Below, piece after piece: positions 20,852 through 31,120 of a DNA stretch of 64,000 bases. The first letter of the stretch is position 1. Each line of letters begins with the position of its first letter. The stretch is from Pirellulales bacterium (GTDB lineage Bacteria; Planctomycetota; Planctomycetia; Pirellulales; PALSA-1355): assembly GCA_963733035.1 (NCBI GenBank), contig CAVTBU010000006.1, positions 576,001 to 640,000 on the forward strand, read 5' to 3'. The translations under genes and the position numbers were made by a program. The notes below the pieces were generated by a model that searched no databases, was not told the DNA's origin, and worked only from the letters and a program-made list of their open reading frames with translations.

Positions 20852-22810
20852 CTATTGTGCTGGTTGTTGATTGCCATAGGTGGCAATCGCCTCTTCTAAT
20901 TGCTGGGCCAGCGCTGTTTGCCCGTCGGCCTTGGCCAGCACGAGCGCTTCGCGCCATTGCCACGGCGTCCGAGATGCGCCCGGCCTCGGCATAGGCGACA
21001 GCCAAGTTTGTCGATGCGGCAAGGTCCGGCCTGAGCCGATGCGCCACCTCGAAATGCCTGATAGCTTTTTGCGTGAAGCCCTGGTTGACCAGCAAGATTC
21101 CCAGGTTGGTGTGGGCCTCGGGCAGATTTGGGTCGATGGCAACCGCGGCAAAGTAATGGTCAATCGCCTGCTCTGGCCGCCCTAACTTCACCAAGAGTAG
21201 GCCGAGATTGTTGTGCGAAGCAGCATGGTCCGGACACAACTGAAGCGTCGTGCGGTAGTGATCCATGGCATCGGCCGGGCGGTGGGCCGATTCTAGCGCC
21301 CGCGCGAGGTTGTAGTGCGCCTGGAAGGACTTAGGATCGAGATCGACGGCTTTCTCCAGGTGTCGTAGTGACTCGGCCGCTCGCCCCGCTCGTTCGAGCT
21401 GGATACCGAGGTTAACTTGCACCAGCGGGTCGTGCCCCTGGTGCCGCTCGGCATCCTGCCATAGCCAAAGCTCGTCGCCATAGACCAGGACTCGTTCATA
21501 CGCAACGACGCCAAACAGGATTACCACCCCGAGTGTGGCGATTGCCGTCAGGGCAATCGGGCCACATCGGCCAAGTAGTTCGCCCGTGCGCACGGCGACC
21601 CGGGCAAATAGCCACTGGCACAGGGCGTACGATCCCACCACCGCCAGCGGCGCCAATGCCGCCAACGGCACGTACATTCTACGCTCAGCCGCGGTTTGGT
21701 TTACTAGTGGAATCAACAGCGTGGGGGATAGCACAGCCAGCACCCACACCGCCACGTATCCGACGGCAAAGCGCCGCCAGGCAAGCACGGCCGCCGCGGC
21801 GATCAACAACCCGGCCGACATCAACCAAGGCCACGCCTCGCGCAGCGTTGTCAAGTACGGGATCTCATAATGAAGCACTAGCGGCCACGGCCAGAGAGCC
21901 AGTTTCAGATATAAGAACAAGACCTTGGTCTGTGTCAGCCACCAAACGTAGACCGGTACGCCTAATCCGAAGCCGGCCTGCGGCGTCCTCGGCCCGTGAT
22001 AGTTCAACAAAATCGCTGGCAGCCAACAGAGCACAGGCCTAGATACAGCGGCCACGATCGCCGCAGGGCTCGCCGAAACGTCTGCTCCAGGAAAGTCCGC
22101 TCGTACAACAGCACCATTGCAGGTGCCGAAGCCATCGTCTCTTTGCACAAAATGCCCAAGATGCAACACAAACTGGCCACCAGCAGCCAAAGCCCGCGAC
22201 TGGGTTGCCGCGTGGCAGCCCAATAGCGCAGACTGCTATAGACGGTCGCCAGGTAAAACATTCCCATCAGCAGCTCGGTTCGCTGTGTGATATAGACAAC
22301 GCTTTCCGTGTCCAAGGGATGCAGCGCCCAAAGCAGGGCCGCGGCAAACGCCAGCAGTTCGGCCGCGCCGTCGAACCGACCCTGGAAATAGTCGAGTCGC
22401 AATGTGCGGGCCACGATCGACCACAATAACATCGCCGAGATAATATGCGCGACGATATGCAGGATCCGATATCCTTGCGGGTCAAGCTGACCGAGGTGAT
22501 AGTTGACTGCCAGCGAGAGGTTCACAAGAGGGCGGCCATGAAGGGGATTCAGGTCGGGAGGGTTGAGCGGACTTTGGCCCTTATCACTGCCCCAGAGGGG
22601 CCATAGCTGGCGGATGGACGGATTGTCTGCCACGGTGGCCGAATCGTCGAAGACCAGCGGACCGTCGATGCCCGGACAGTAAACCGCCATTACCGAACCG
22701 ATAAGGACGCACACGCCAAGTATGCGACCAACGCCGCCGATACTTGGGCGAGATTGCTTCTCGGGGAGTCGCGCCGTTGGCTCAACAGGTGCGGCGTGCA
22801 TGTGGTTCAT
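20852..22810 (-). CDS. TMTC-like GT-C membrane glycosyltransferase with C-terminal TPRs (frameshifts near 22030 and 20950)
   Basis: VFDD..VADNP, RPLVNLSLAVNY, LWALHPL..ESVVYITQRTE, CKE, AERRMYVP, then TPRs (AHYNLA, SHNNLG, AHTNLG); assembled from three overlapping ORFs. Confidence 0.82.
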
Positions 22811-23040
22811 GAATGATCTTCAGCGGTGGTCGATTCGGCGGAGCAATGGCACCCGACATGTGCCGTGCCAGGGTTTGATGGATCACGTCAATCGCATCGG
22901 AGCCGCCCCATTATTTGGTTATAGACACCGCACGCCGCCCGTTCGACTATTCGCCGAGTGAATCCATGGGTCTAAGCGGAATGATTTTGGATGAGTCACA
23001 CCTAGTCGGCACGACCCCCAAAATCGGAGCCACAACCTGG

Positions 23041-23095
23041 CGGGCGCCTCGGCGACCGTGAAGTGCAATTCGGTCAGTCTAAAATCCTTAGTGCT
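23041..23095. repeat. 55-bp direct repeat, copy 1
   Basis: CGGGCGCCTCGGCGACCGTGAAGTGCAATTCGGTCAGTCTAAA (43 nt) is identical to copy 2; 52 of 55 identical overall. Confidence 0.92.
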
Positions 23096-23110
23096 GTAGT
23101 ATACTGAACC

Positions 23111-24676
23111 ATGAAACAACAGTTGGCAATCATCATTGGCGCCGGCCCCGCAGGGCTGACGGCAGCCTATGAATTTTTGAGGCGATCCAACGTCCGGCCG
23201 GTGGTATTCGAAGCTACAGGCTTTCTCGGCGGAATCTCAAGGACGGAGGTCTATAAGGGCAACCGCATCGATATCGGTGGCCATCGATTCTTCTCGAAGT
23301 CGGACCGCGTCATGCGATGGTGGTTGGACTTGCTGCCGCTGGCCCAACCGGTTCTGGAAGAGACGGAGATTCGCTATCAGGGGCAACGACGTTACTTGCA
23401 GGCCAGCGACGGCCAAGTGCAGCCAGCGGACTCAGATGGAGTCATGCTTCTCCGTCGACGGAAAAGCCGAATTTACTTCTTGCGGAAATTCTTTGATTAT
23501 CCTCTTACGGGCAGCTTGCGGACGATCGCGAATTTAGGCTACCGCCAAACAGCACTAGTCGTAGCAAGTTACGTCCGCTCGCGCGTATTCCCGAGACGTC
23601 CCGAGTCGACGCTCGAAGACTATTTGGTTAACCACTTCGGTCGCCGCTTGTATTCGATGTTTTTCGAGTCCTACACCGAGAAGGTGTGGGGAGTGCCATG
23701 CAATCAGATTAGTGCGGAATGGGGAGCTCAACGAATCAAAGGATTATCGATGGCGAAAGTACTGAAGCACGCATTTCGCCGAAAAAACCAGTCTGACGGC
23801 GTTGGACAAAAGACGGTTGAAACCTCATTAATCGAACAGTTTCTATACCCGAAGTTCGGGCCCGGGCAAATGTGGGAACGTTGTGCTGAAAAGGTGACTG
23901 AAATGGGTGGTGAGATTCGCCTGCAACACACCGTAGAACGAATCGACTGGGAGGGCAAGCGAGTTGTGTCGGTCACAACGCGAGACGATCGAGGACAGCT
24001 TGAGACGCATCGAGGGGATTACTTCCTGTCGACCATGCCTGTCCGCGACCTGATTTCGCGCATGCGGCCCGAGCCGCCGCCGACCGTACGAGAAGTTGCG
24101 ATGTCGCTGGTCTATCGCGATTTCATTACGGTGGGACTACTCGTGCGACGCGCGTCTACCCACTCCGCGAGTGTGGCTGCAGGGCTCGATGACAACTGGA
24201 TCTACATTCAAGACTCGGACGTGAAGCTCGGACGGCTACAGATATTCAACAACTGGAGTTCCTCGATGGTGGCCGCGTCCGATGCGGTATGGTTGGGACT
24301 CGAGTATTTCTGCGACGTGGGAGATCCCTTATGGTCGCTCTCGGACGCTGAACTTGTGCAGCTTGGAGTTGACGAGCTCGCCAAGATTGGATTGATCAAC
24401 GAGTCGGACGTCCTCGATGGCACGGTCGTTCGCACGAATGACGCCTATCCTGCTTACATTGGCGCGTACAATCGGTTCGCGACAATTCGCTCCTTCGTCG
24501 ACGAAATCGAGAATCTCTTCCTGATTGGTCGCAATGGAATGCACCGCTACAACAATCAGGATCACTCCATGCTCACGGCGATGACGGCCGTGGACAATAT
24601 CTGCGCCGGGCTGACTAGCAAGGACAATATCTGGGAAGTGAACACAGAGCAGGACTATCATGAAGAACGGAAGTGA
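23111..24676 (+). CDS. FAD-dependent oxidoreductase, PRK07208-like (UDP-galactopyranose mutase / protoporphyrinogen oxidase superfamily)
   Basis: [58 protein letters not shown]. Confidence 0.88.
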   Translation: MKQQLAIIIGAGPAGLTAAYEFLRRSNVRPVVFEATGFLGGISRTEVYKGNRIDIGGHRFFSKSDRVMRWWLDLLPLAQPVLEETEIRYQGQRRYLQASDGQVQPADSDGVMLLRRRKSRIYFLRKFFDYPLTGSLRTIANLGYRQTALVVASYVRSRVFPRRPESTLEDYLVNHFGRRLYSMFFESYTEKVWGVPCNQISAEWGAQRIKGLSMAKVLKHAFRRKNQSDGVGQKTVETSLIEQFLYPKFGPGQMWERCAEKVTEMGGEIRLQHTVERIDWEGKRVVSVTTRDDRGQLETHRGDYFLSTMPVRDLISRMRPEPPPTVREVAMSLVYRDFITVGLLVRRASTHSASVAAGLDDNWIYIQDSDVKLGRLQIFNNWSSSMVAASDAVWLGLEYFCDVGDPLWSLSDAELVQLGVDELAKIGLINESDVLDGTVVRTNDAYPAYIGAYNRFATIRSFVDEIENLFLIGRNGMHRYNNQDHSMLTAMTAVDNICAGLTSKDNIWEVNTEQDYHEERK

Positions 24677-24899
24677 ATTTCGCCGCACAGAGTACAGAGT
24701 CACGGCCGATTTCGCTCGTGGCTCTCGCGTCAGCTCGCACGCGACGCTCGTCGAGCCAACTGCGTACCATTTCTGTAGTCGTAAATTCTGCACACTACGC
24801 CGCCTGCGGCCGCGAGTAGTACTGGGCTGACCTGCAGTGCAAATTGGTCACGCGACACGGCTGGTCCGTTGACTTCTCGAAGCACCGGTATCAGAGCGA

Positions 24900-24954
24900 C
24901 GGGCGCCTCGGCGACCGTGAAGTGCAATTCGGTCAGTCTAAAGTCCCTACTGCT
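24900..24954. repeat. 55-bp direct repeat, copy 2
   Basis: Matches 23041-23095 with 3 mismatches. Confidence 0.92.
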
Positions 24955-25224
24955 CCAATTACACGTGAGCCGCGTATGGTCGAGGCCGAGCAGAAAGAAG
25001 ATCGTGGCGTGCAAATCGATTCTGATGCTTGTGGAACCGCAAGAGGATGGGCTGTAGTCGAAGGACGCTCCCCGTGTGTATGGCGGCAAGCCTCCAAGTT
25101 GCATGAAGCCATTTAGATCGAGGGGGCAGCGTTTCTTCAGAGAAGCGCAATTCTCCGAGAAGCGAATTCCAATGGCCACGAACGCTTCGCCCGAGCTGAC
25201 ACTTACGAAAGGTAGGCGGAAAAA

Positions 25225-25244
25225 TGTAGAACTCGTGTAGAACT
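25225..25244. repeat. Tandem TGTAGAACT x2 (possible integrase arm-type sites)
   Basis: TGTAGAACT-cg-TGTAGAACT about 65 bp inside the islet from the tRNA 3' end. Confidence 0.5.
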
Positions 25245-25308
25245 GGGCGTGCTGGGATCTGCGAGAAACGCGTTACGATCGAGCACCAAGTTGAAGCGAG
25301 GAAAGAAG

Positions 25309-25391
25309 TACCGAAGGTGGGACTTGAACCCACACGCCCTTGCGGGCACTGGATTTTGAGTCCAGCGCGTCTGCCATTCCGCCACTTCGGC
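25309..25391 (-). tRNA. tRNA-Leu(CAA), CCA end not encoded
   Basis: GCCGAAG/CTTCGGT acceptor stem with discriminator A; GGCGGAATGGCAGACGC D arm; CTGGA-CTCAAAA-TCCAG anticodon arm; long variable arm GCCC-GCAA-GGGC; GGTTCAAGTCC T arm. Confidence 0.97.
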
Positions 25392-25409
25392 AAGTGGTTA
25401 CGCTATTGC

Positions 25410-25438
25410 AGTTTGCGGTCGGTTTGGCGATTCGTCAA
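25410..25438 (-). promoter_or_regulatory. Sigma-70-type promoter for tRNA-Leu
   Basis: TTGACG-17 nt-CAAACT ending 18 nt upstream of the tRNA. Confidence 0.6.
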
Positions 25439-25799
25439 CCCCTCTATTTTGACCTTGCGCTGCGCCGGCGCGGCGCAAATAGTGCAGTCGGACCGACTCT
25501 GGGATCGCGCGATTTTTTTGCGTTTCTCCGGGCAAATGCCATCCCGTCGAGTCGTTCATGGTGTCGACGCACGACCTCAGATGTGCAGCCCACCTGAATG
25601 TGCGCCTCCTTTTCGGAAGCACCGGCCATTTGCATCCCGGTAATAGCCACTCGTCGGAAGTCGTGGAGAGTAGCCCCACGATCGTCTCGGTCTTACGGCC
25701 AGAGCGTGAAATGACGCGACGCGTCGGTCAGCGCTTCTTGCGAATCCAGCCGGCGATACCGCGTGGCAAGCCCATGGTTCGGGGCATCGATCGCGCCCA

Positions 25800-26840
25800 C
25801 TAATGCCAGAATTCCGGCTGCGAGCCTTCAAGGTTGTTGCCCACGTTCAAGGAGACTGTGGGCATCGCGATCGGCCTGCCCACCAGTTCGCTAATCTGCC
25901 GGGCGCTTTCCGGCTCGTTCATTGCTTCGGTTCGTATCAGAACAAACCGCCCCGGCTCCGCCTCGGCCAGTCGAGCGAGCCGCCGATTGTAGTTGTCGAC
26001 GTATGTGGCGATCATGGCTTTCTTTGCTGCCAGCGCCGACTCGTCGTTTGCCAGTGCGCTTTCGGGCACCGAAAACGAAGGATACGTCGGCGCCCAAAGT
26101 CCAGGCGTCCAGAAATCGATGTCGGGCGCAGCCCAGTAGTTGTACGAACCACGGCCGCGTCCCTGAAACTTCAAGTACGAGAAGGCACAAGTCTCCGTGT
26201 CGCGTGCCAAGCCGATCATCCTGCCGGTTGGGAACTCTGCGAAGAATCGCTCTTGCAGGTTCAGCCACCAGTGGGCCGCGTCAAACACCAGCGGAAAATA
26301 CTCCGTCAACAAGTGCAGGCGTCGAAAGTGGAACTCCACCTGTTCGGGCAGCGGCTGCCAATAAACGTGCGGCGGATTCTCGTGCGTGGCACACGCGTCG
26401 GGCAATGCGGCAAAACCCGCCGATAGCGTCGACGATCCGCAGCGCCCCGACCCAACGCCCAACACGACCGTCCCCGGCTGCGAAAGCTTTGGCCGTTCCG
26501 CCAGGATCCGTTCCAGATCCTCGAAGTACGCGGCGGCGAGCCTCTGCGTTGGAAAGCCAAACGCCATGACGTTCAGCAGGTAGCGTAACCGTTCCAACGA
26601 CCTCGGTGGAAAGCTGGCGATGCGGCCCTCGAACATGACCTGGCTATAGTGCTCGCGCAACGGGCGACTATAGGCGACCCGATCGCTGACTACGCGCCAC
26701 ATTGCGTCGGCGTGCTGCCAGCGCTTGTCGCGCTCGAAATACTCACCGATCTTGATGGCCGTCAATGGATCGACTACCAAGTGAACGTTCAACGCCTTCT
26801 CGCCGGGCGAGGGCGCGGTCGAGTTTGGCGGGTTGGTCAT
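25800..26840 (-). CDS. Sulfotransferase-like P-loop protein
   Basis: GVGSGRCGSSTL resembles the 5'-PSB loop, followed by HE and a GLARD..TCAFS 3'-PB-like segment; start set at MTNPP. Confidence 0.6.
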   Translation of the reverse strand: MTNPPNSTAPSPGEKALNVHLVVDPLTAIKIGEYFERDKRWQHADAMWRVVSDRVAYSRPLREHYSQVMFEGRIASFPPRSLERLRYLLNVMAFGFPTQRLAAAYFEDLERILAERPKLSQPGTVVLGVGSGRCGSSTLSAGFAALPDACATHENPPHVYWQPLPEQVEFHFRRLHLLTEYFPLVFDAAHWWLNLQERFFAEFPTGRMIGLARDTETCAFSYLKFQGRGRGSYNYWAAPDIDFWTPGLWAPTYPSFSVPESALANDESALAAKKAMIATYVDNYNRRLARLAEAEPGRFVLIRTEAMNEPESARQISELVGRPIAMPTVSLNVGNNLEGSQPEFWH

Positions 26841-27159
26841 GGTTCTTTGTTTTATGCCGCGGCCGCTACGGCGTGGCCTCGGCTGCACGCATTAAGGCGT
26901 CTCAGTTGCAGCTCTAATCGGGGTTGATCTTTTCCCGTGCCCCACTCCATCATACCGAAAACAGCCGCCCGACGACTGGATTTTCGGCGATGTGTCCCCA
27001 TTGAACGAGTCCGCATGGGAGTGAGAATCTTGACGTTTTTGACGCGGCCCCTTGAATCGTTCCGGAACTGAGCAACAGACTCGGGTTGCGCGGAACAATG
27101 GGAGCTTGATTCCCGCCCTGATCGATTGCCACATCCCTGACATCGCGCCGGCGGGATGC

Positions 27160-28398
27160 TCAGTGAAACTCCTCGGGCCGCTGTTTCAGACGGTAGGCCG
27201 TTTCGAAGCCATTGAACAGATCGATGTATTGTTCCAACAGGCGAATCATCAGAAAACGGTCGACGACTGTCTTGTGGGCAGCTTCGCCGAGACGACGCCG
27301 CAGCGCCGGATCGTTTATAACCTCGACGATCCGCTGAGCGGCCTCAAACACGGAGTCGACGAGGTAGCCGTTCACACCGTTTTCGATTTGATAGCGAATG
27401 CCTCCCACATTCCCGCCAATGACGGGGGTGCCTTTGAGCATTGCTTCGGCGACGGTCAATCCGAACCCTTCCCGTAGCGACTTTTGCAGAACAACGGCCG
27501 CCCGCCGCTGCAGCGCGTTGACCAAAGCCGAATCCTGCACACTGAGTACGCGAATCCGTTCGTCGCGACAGTCGAGCAGTGACTCGTAAACATCGCCGCC
27601 TTCGGGATCATCGGTGGCCACATTTCCCAGCAAGACCAGCGTGGCATCGACCTCGCGGCGGGCAAGCTGAAATGCTTCGATAACGCCTTGTGGGTCCTTC
27701 CAGTGGTCGAATCGTGAAACTTGCACCACCAGGGGCAGATCCGTTGGAATGCCGTGGTGCTCGAGCCGTTCATCGACTTCGGCTTCGCTCAGCGAGCGAT
27801 TCTTGTGCGTGAAAGGATCGATCGCCGGCATGAAAAACACTTGTGGCGTGTTCAATCGCTGGGCGTATTCCTCAAGGGTGACGATCACCGCATCGTACTG
27901 CTCGACAAACTTGGACAAATAGTTCCACAGTTCGGCATTGGGGTGTTCAATGTCGACGTGACAACGCCAAATCCAAGGGCCACGCTTGCGGTAGTGTTCG
28001 ATCAGGGGGAGCGGTTGCGGATCGTGGACGACTACGAAGTCGTGATCCAAATGGTTGCGCACGGCGTTTTCGCAATTGACGTCTTCGTAGATCTCAAGCT
28101 TAAGCTCCGTCAGGTTGATCGGTCCGCCCTGCAGGGCATTGTGCATTTTCTTTGTGATACTGAAGAAGTCTGGCGGCCCATGGATCGCCCGCCAGCCGGC
28201 GCGAATGCCGACACTACTCATCAGTAGCGTGAGCGAAGACAGCAGTTCGGCGACGCCGCCACCATAAAACGTCGAATTGACGTGGGCCACATGAATTCCA
28301 GCCAAAGGGCGAGCTTTCTCGCGAATCCGCTCGATCGTATCGCTGCCCACGTACTGCTCATAGTCGTCGATATGCGTGAGATGGTGGGGTCGGACCAT
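27160..28398 (-). CDS. treT: GT4 glycosyltransferase, trehalose synthase TreT family
   Basis: HVNSTFYGGGVAE, TKKMHNALQG, HDPQP, WRCHVD, QVSRFDHWKDP, EGFGLTVAEA. Confidence 0.8.
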   Translation of the reverse strand: MVRPHHLTHIDDYEQYVGSDTIERIREKARPLAGIHVAHVNSTFYGGGVAELLSSLTLLMSSVGIRAGWRAIHGPPDFFSITKKMHNALQGGPINLTELKLEIYEDVNCENAVRNHLDHDFVVVHDPQPLPLIEHYRKRGPWIWRCHVDIEHPNAELWNYLSKFVEQYDAVIVTLEEYAQRLNTPQVFFMPAIDPFTHKNRSLSEAEVDERLEHHGIPTDLPLVVQVSRFDHWKDPQGVIEAFQLARREVDATLVLLGNVATDDPEGGDVYESLLDCRDERIRVLSVQDSALVNALQRRAAVVLQKSLREGFGLTVAEAMLKGTPVIGGNVGGIRYQIENGVNGYLVDSVFEAAQRIVEVINDPALRRRLGEAAHKTVVDRFLMIRLLEQYIDLFNGFETAYRLKQRPEEFH

Positions 28399-28605
28399 GA
28401 ATCCTCCTCACGTCGAGCCGACGAATGAGTGGGAAGTCTGGATCGGGACGCGTTGGCGGCCCGAATTTGCCTTGGCTTTTGCCGTCGAGGGGGACTAGTT
28501 TGATTCCATGTTCATCATATACTTCGAAAATCGGCTCGGGCACCCCCGCGCCGCATCGCTCCATCATTCCGTTCACTGTTCCAGAAATTGCAGGCAAGTT
28601 GAACC

Positions 28606-29710
28606 ATGGTCGGGAATCAGAAGGTTCGAGTGGCAATCATCGGGTTGGGCTTTGGCGCGGAGTTTATCCCGATTTATCAAAACCATCCGTATGCCGAGAT
28701 GTACGCCATTTGCCAACGCAGCGAAGGCAAGCTCAGAGAATTGGGCGATGCCTTCGGTGTCAAGGTGCGCTACTCGAAGTTCGCAGACGTGCTGGCCGAT
28801 CCGAACGTCGATGCCATTCACATCAACACGCCGATTCCCGATCACGCCGCGCAGAGTCTGGCCGGACTAAAAGCTGGCAAACACGTGGCTTGCACAGTGC
28901 CAATGGCCACCACGATTGACGAATGCCGCGACCTGGTTGCGGCGCAGCGGTCCAGCGGCAAGAAGTACATGATGATGGAGACGGTGGTCTATAGCCGCGA
29001 GTTCTTGTTCGTCAAGCAGCTTCATCAGCGCGGAGAGCTGGGACGTCTGCAATTCTTGCGTGGATCGCACTTGCAGGAAATGGCCGGCTGGCCAGGATAC
29101 TGGGAAGGCCTGCCGCCGATGCACTACGCAACACACTGTGTCAGCCCATGCTTAGCCCTGCCGGGCAAATTGGCCAAGAGCGTGGTCTGTCACGGATCAG
29201 GACGCATCAGCGAGGAGCTCACGTCGAAGTACGGGTCGCCATTCGCAGTGGAGACGGCCACCTTTGACATGGTCGATTCACCTTTGTGCGCCGAGGTGAC
29301 GCGAAGTCTGTTTGAGACGGCGCGGCAATACATCGAAAGCTTCGATGTCTACGCCGACAACGTCTCCTACGAGTGGCCGCGGATCGAACACGAACCCGCA
29401 GTGCTCCATCGCGGTGAGAAGCCTGAACGGGTGAACGTGCCAGACTTCGCTGACCTACTGCCCGAAGGAATTCGCCGCTTTACTACCAAGGGCGTGTATG
29501 ACGCCGACGAAACGCAGCATTTGTCGTTCATTCAAGGCAGCGGCCACGGCGGTTCGCATCCTCACCTGGCACACGAGTTCCTCAGCGCGATCGTCGAAGA
29601 TCGCGATCCGCTGCCCAATGCCGTCACCAGCGCCAACTGGACAATGACCGGTATCTGCGCACATGTCGGCAATGAAAGGTGGCGCGCGGGTGGAGATCCC
29701 GCGGTTCTAA
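28606..29710 (+). CDS. Gfo/Idh/MocA family oxidoreductase (frameshift near 29665)
   Basis: IIGLGFG Rossmann motif, KHVACTVPMA, GHGGSH; the natural C-terminus SAMKGGARVEIPRF-stop is in another frame ending at 29710. Confidence 0.85.
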
Positions 29711-29849
29711 TCAGCTCGCACGCAAGACCTCGGTAGATCAAAGGGCCGGAAGACAACCGACCGCCGTCCCTTTTTGCGTGCGTGGCCCTATCCGATATTA
29801 AGCTAGAATTAAATCTGCCTTCTCCGCGCGCCAATTGCAGGAATGCGAC

Positions 29850-31094
29850 ATGTCGATCGTACTTTTCGAGGACGACCGCGTCTGCCAGCTCGACCCCGTA
29901 GCGGTCGGTAAGCCCGCCTTTGCGATCAGTTGCGGTGCATATAGGCTCATCGACGTCGTGAGTTCCTGGAACGTCCCGTTACATGCCCGAGTGCGGCCAC
30001 ATCTGGAGCCGATTCTGGCAGCGGATTTTCCCAAGCTTGCGACGGGGCGGACCGCGGCAGACGAGGCTTCGCTGTGGTTGAATGCCCGAGCCGTTCCATC
30101 GGTTGCGACTCTCGAACCGTTGCTACGGCTCGTTCGCACGGGACAACCGGGAGTGATCCGCAACGGCCAGACCGTGGCAGCTGCGGTTCTACCGGCGGGA
30201 ACTTGTTTTGACGAGGACAATCGCGAGCCGCTCAACGTACTGGCCGAGCTTGAGCTGCCGGCGCTCGAATTGGAATTACCGGTTTTTGAGTATGCCCATG
30301 ACGTGATTCGGCATCATTTGAAAACGCTGGCGGGCAATTTGGAACATCGCCTCGCATTTGGAAGTTACCAGGAGTTGGCCGATGGCGTTTTCGCGGCGCC
30401 CGGAGCCGTACTGGGGCAGTACGTCGTCACCGATACCCGTCATGGGCCGATTGTCCTGGAGAGTGGAGCTTCGATTGGTCCTCACAGTTTACTCACCGGT
30501 CCGGTGCACGTGGGTCGCGCCGCGAGAGTACTTGAGCATGCCGCGCTTAAAGACTGCGTGGCGATCGGCCACACGGCGAAAATCGGTGGCGAGGTTGAGG
30601 CTTCGATTGTCGAGCCCTACACAAACAAGCAGCATCACGGTTTTTTGGGTCACAGTTACCTGGGAAGCTGGATCAACCTGGGCGCTGGCACATGCAACAG
30701 CAACCTGAAGAACACCTATGGCCAGGTAAACATGGAGTATCGAGGTCAGAAGGTGCCCACGGGCATGCAATTCGTCGGTGCCATTGTGGGCGACTACGCC
30801 AAGACGGCAATTAACACCGGGATTTTCACGGGCAAGACGATCGGCGTCTGCAGTATGGTCTATGGTTTTGTGACGACGAATGTGCCCGGTTTCGTGAACT
30901 ACGCCCGACTGTTCGGCCAGGTGACGGAGGCACCGGTCGATGTAATGGTCGCCACGCAGCGGCGGATGTTCGAGCGACGCGGCGTGCAACAGCGAGATTG
31001 CGACATTCAACTCCTACACGCGATGTACGAGCTCACGGGGCACGAGCGCAAACAATCGGGCGAGGCGTTGTCGCTCGAGCCGCTTTCGCTGTAA
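29850..31094 (+). CDS. Putative sugar nucleotidyltransferase / GlmU-like protein with hexapeptide repeats
   Basis: IVLFED N-terminus, left-handed beta-helix repeats, KIGGEVE, NKQHHGFLGHSYLGSWINLGAGT.NSNLKN. Confidence 0.82.
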   Translation: MSIVLFEDDRVCQLDPVAVGKPAFAISCGAYRLIDVVSSWNVPLHARVRPHLEPILAADFPKLATGRTAADEASLWLNARAVPSVATLEPLLRLVRTGQPGVIRNGQTVAAAVLPAGTCFDEDNREPLNVLAELELPALELELPVFEYAHDVIRHHLKTLAGNLEHRLAFGSYQELADGVFAAPGAVLGQYVVTDTRHGPIVLESGASIGPHSLLTGPVHVGRAARVLEHAALKDCVAIGHTAKIGGEVEASIVEPYTNKQHHGFLGHSYLGSWINLGAGTCNSNLKNTYGQVNMEYRGQKVPTGMQFVGAIVGDYAKTAINTGIFTGKTIGVCSMVYGFVTTNVPGFVNYARLFGQVTEAPVDVMVATQRRMFERRGVQQRDCDIQLLHAMYELTGHERKQSGEALSLEPLSL

Positions 31095-31120
31095 CACAGC
31101 AGTCGATCGAGCGCCACGGA

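Larger units (their letters stand above)
20662..25363. mobile_element. tRNA-Leu-integrated genomic islet (about 4.6 kb) with no integrase
   Basis: Bounded by a 56-bp direct repeat of the tRNA 3' part (offset 4646 bp); two cargo genes; no recombinase ORF found. Confidence 0.8.

Noticed and set aside
23041..24954. CRISPR array, integron attC array or IS ends
   Set aside because: Only two direct copies 1.86 kb apart; no spacers, cas, intI or transposase; no clear RYYYAAC/GTTRRRY boundaries.
25528..25645. c-di-GMP-I riboswitch resemblance (GGGCAAA...GACGCA)
   Set aside because: No GNRA tetraloop or receptor, and no downstream gene on that strand; kept only as a generic structured-region finding.
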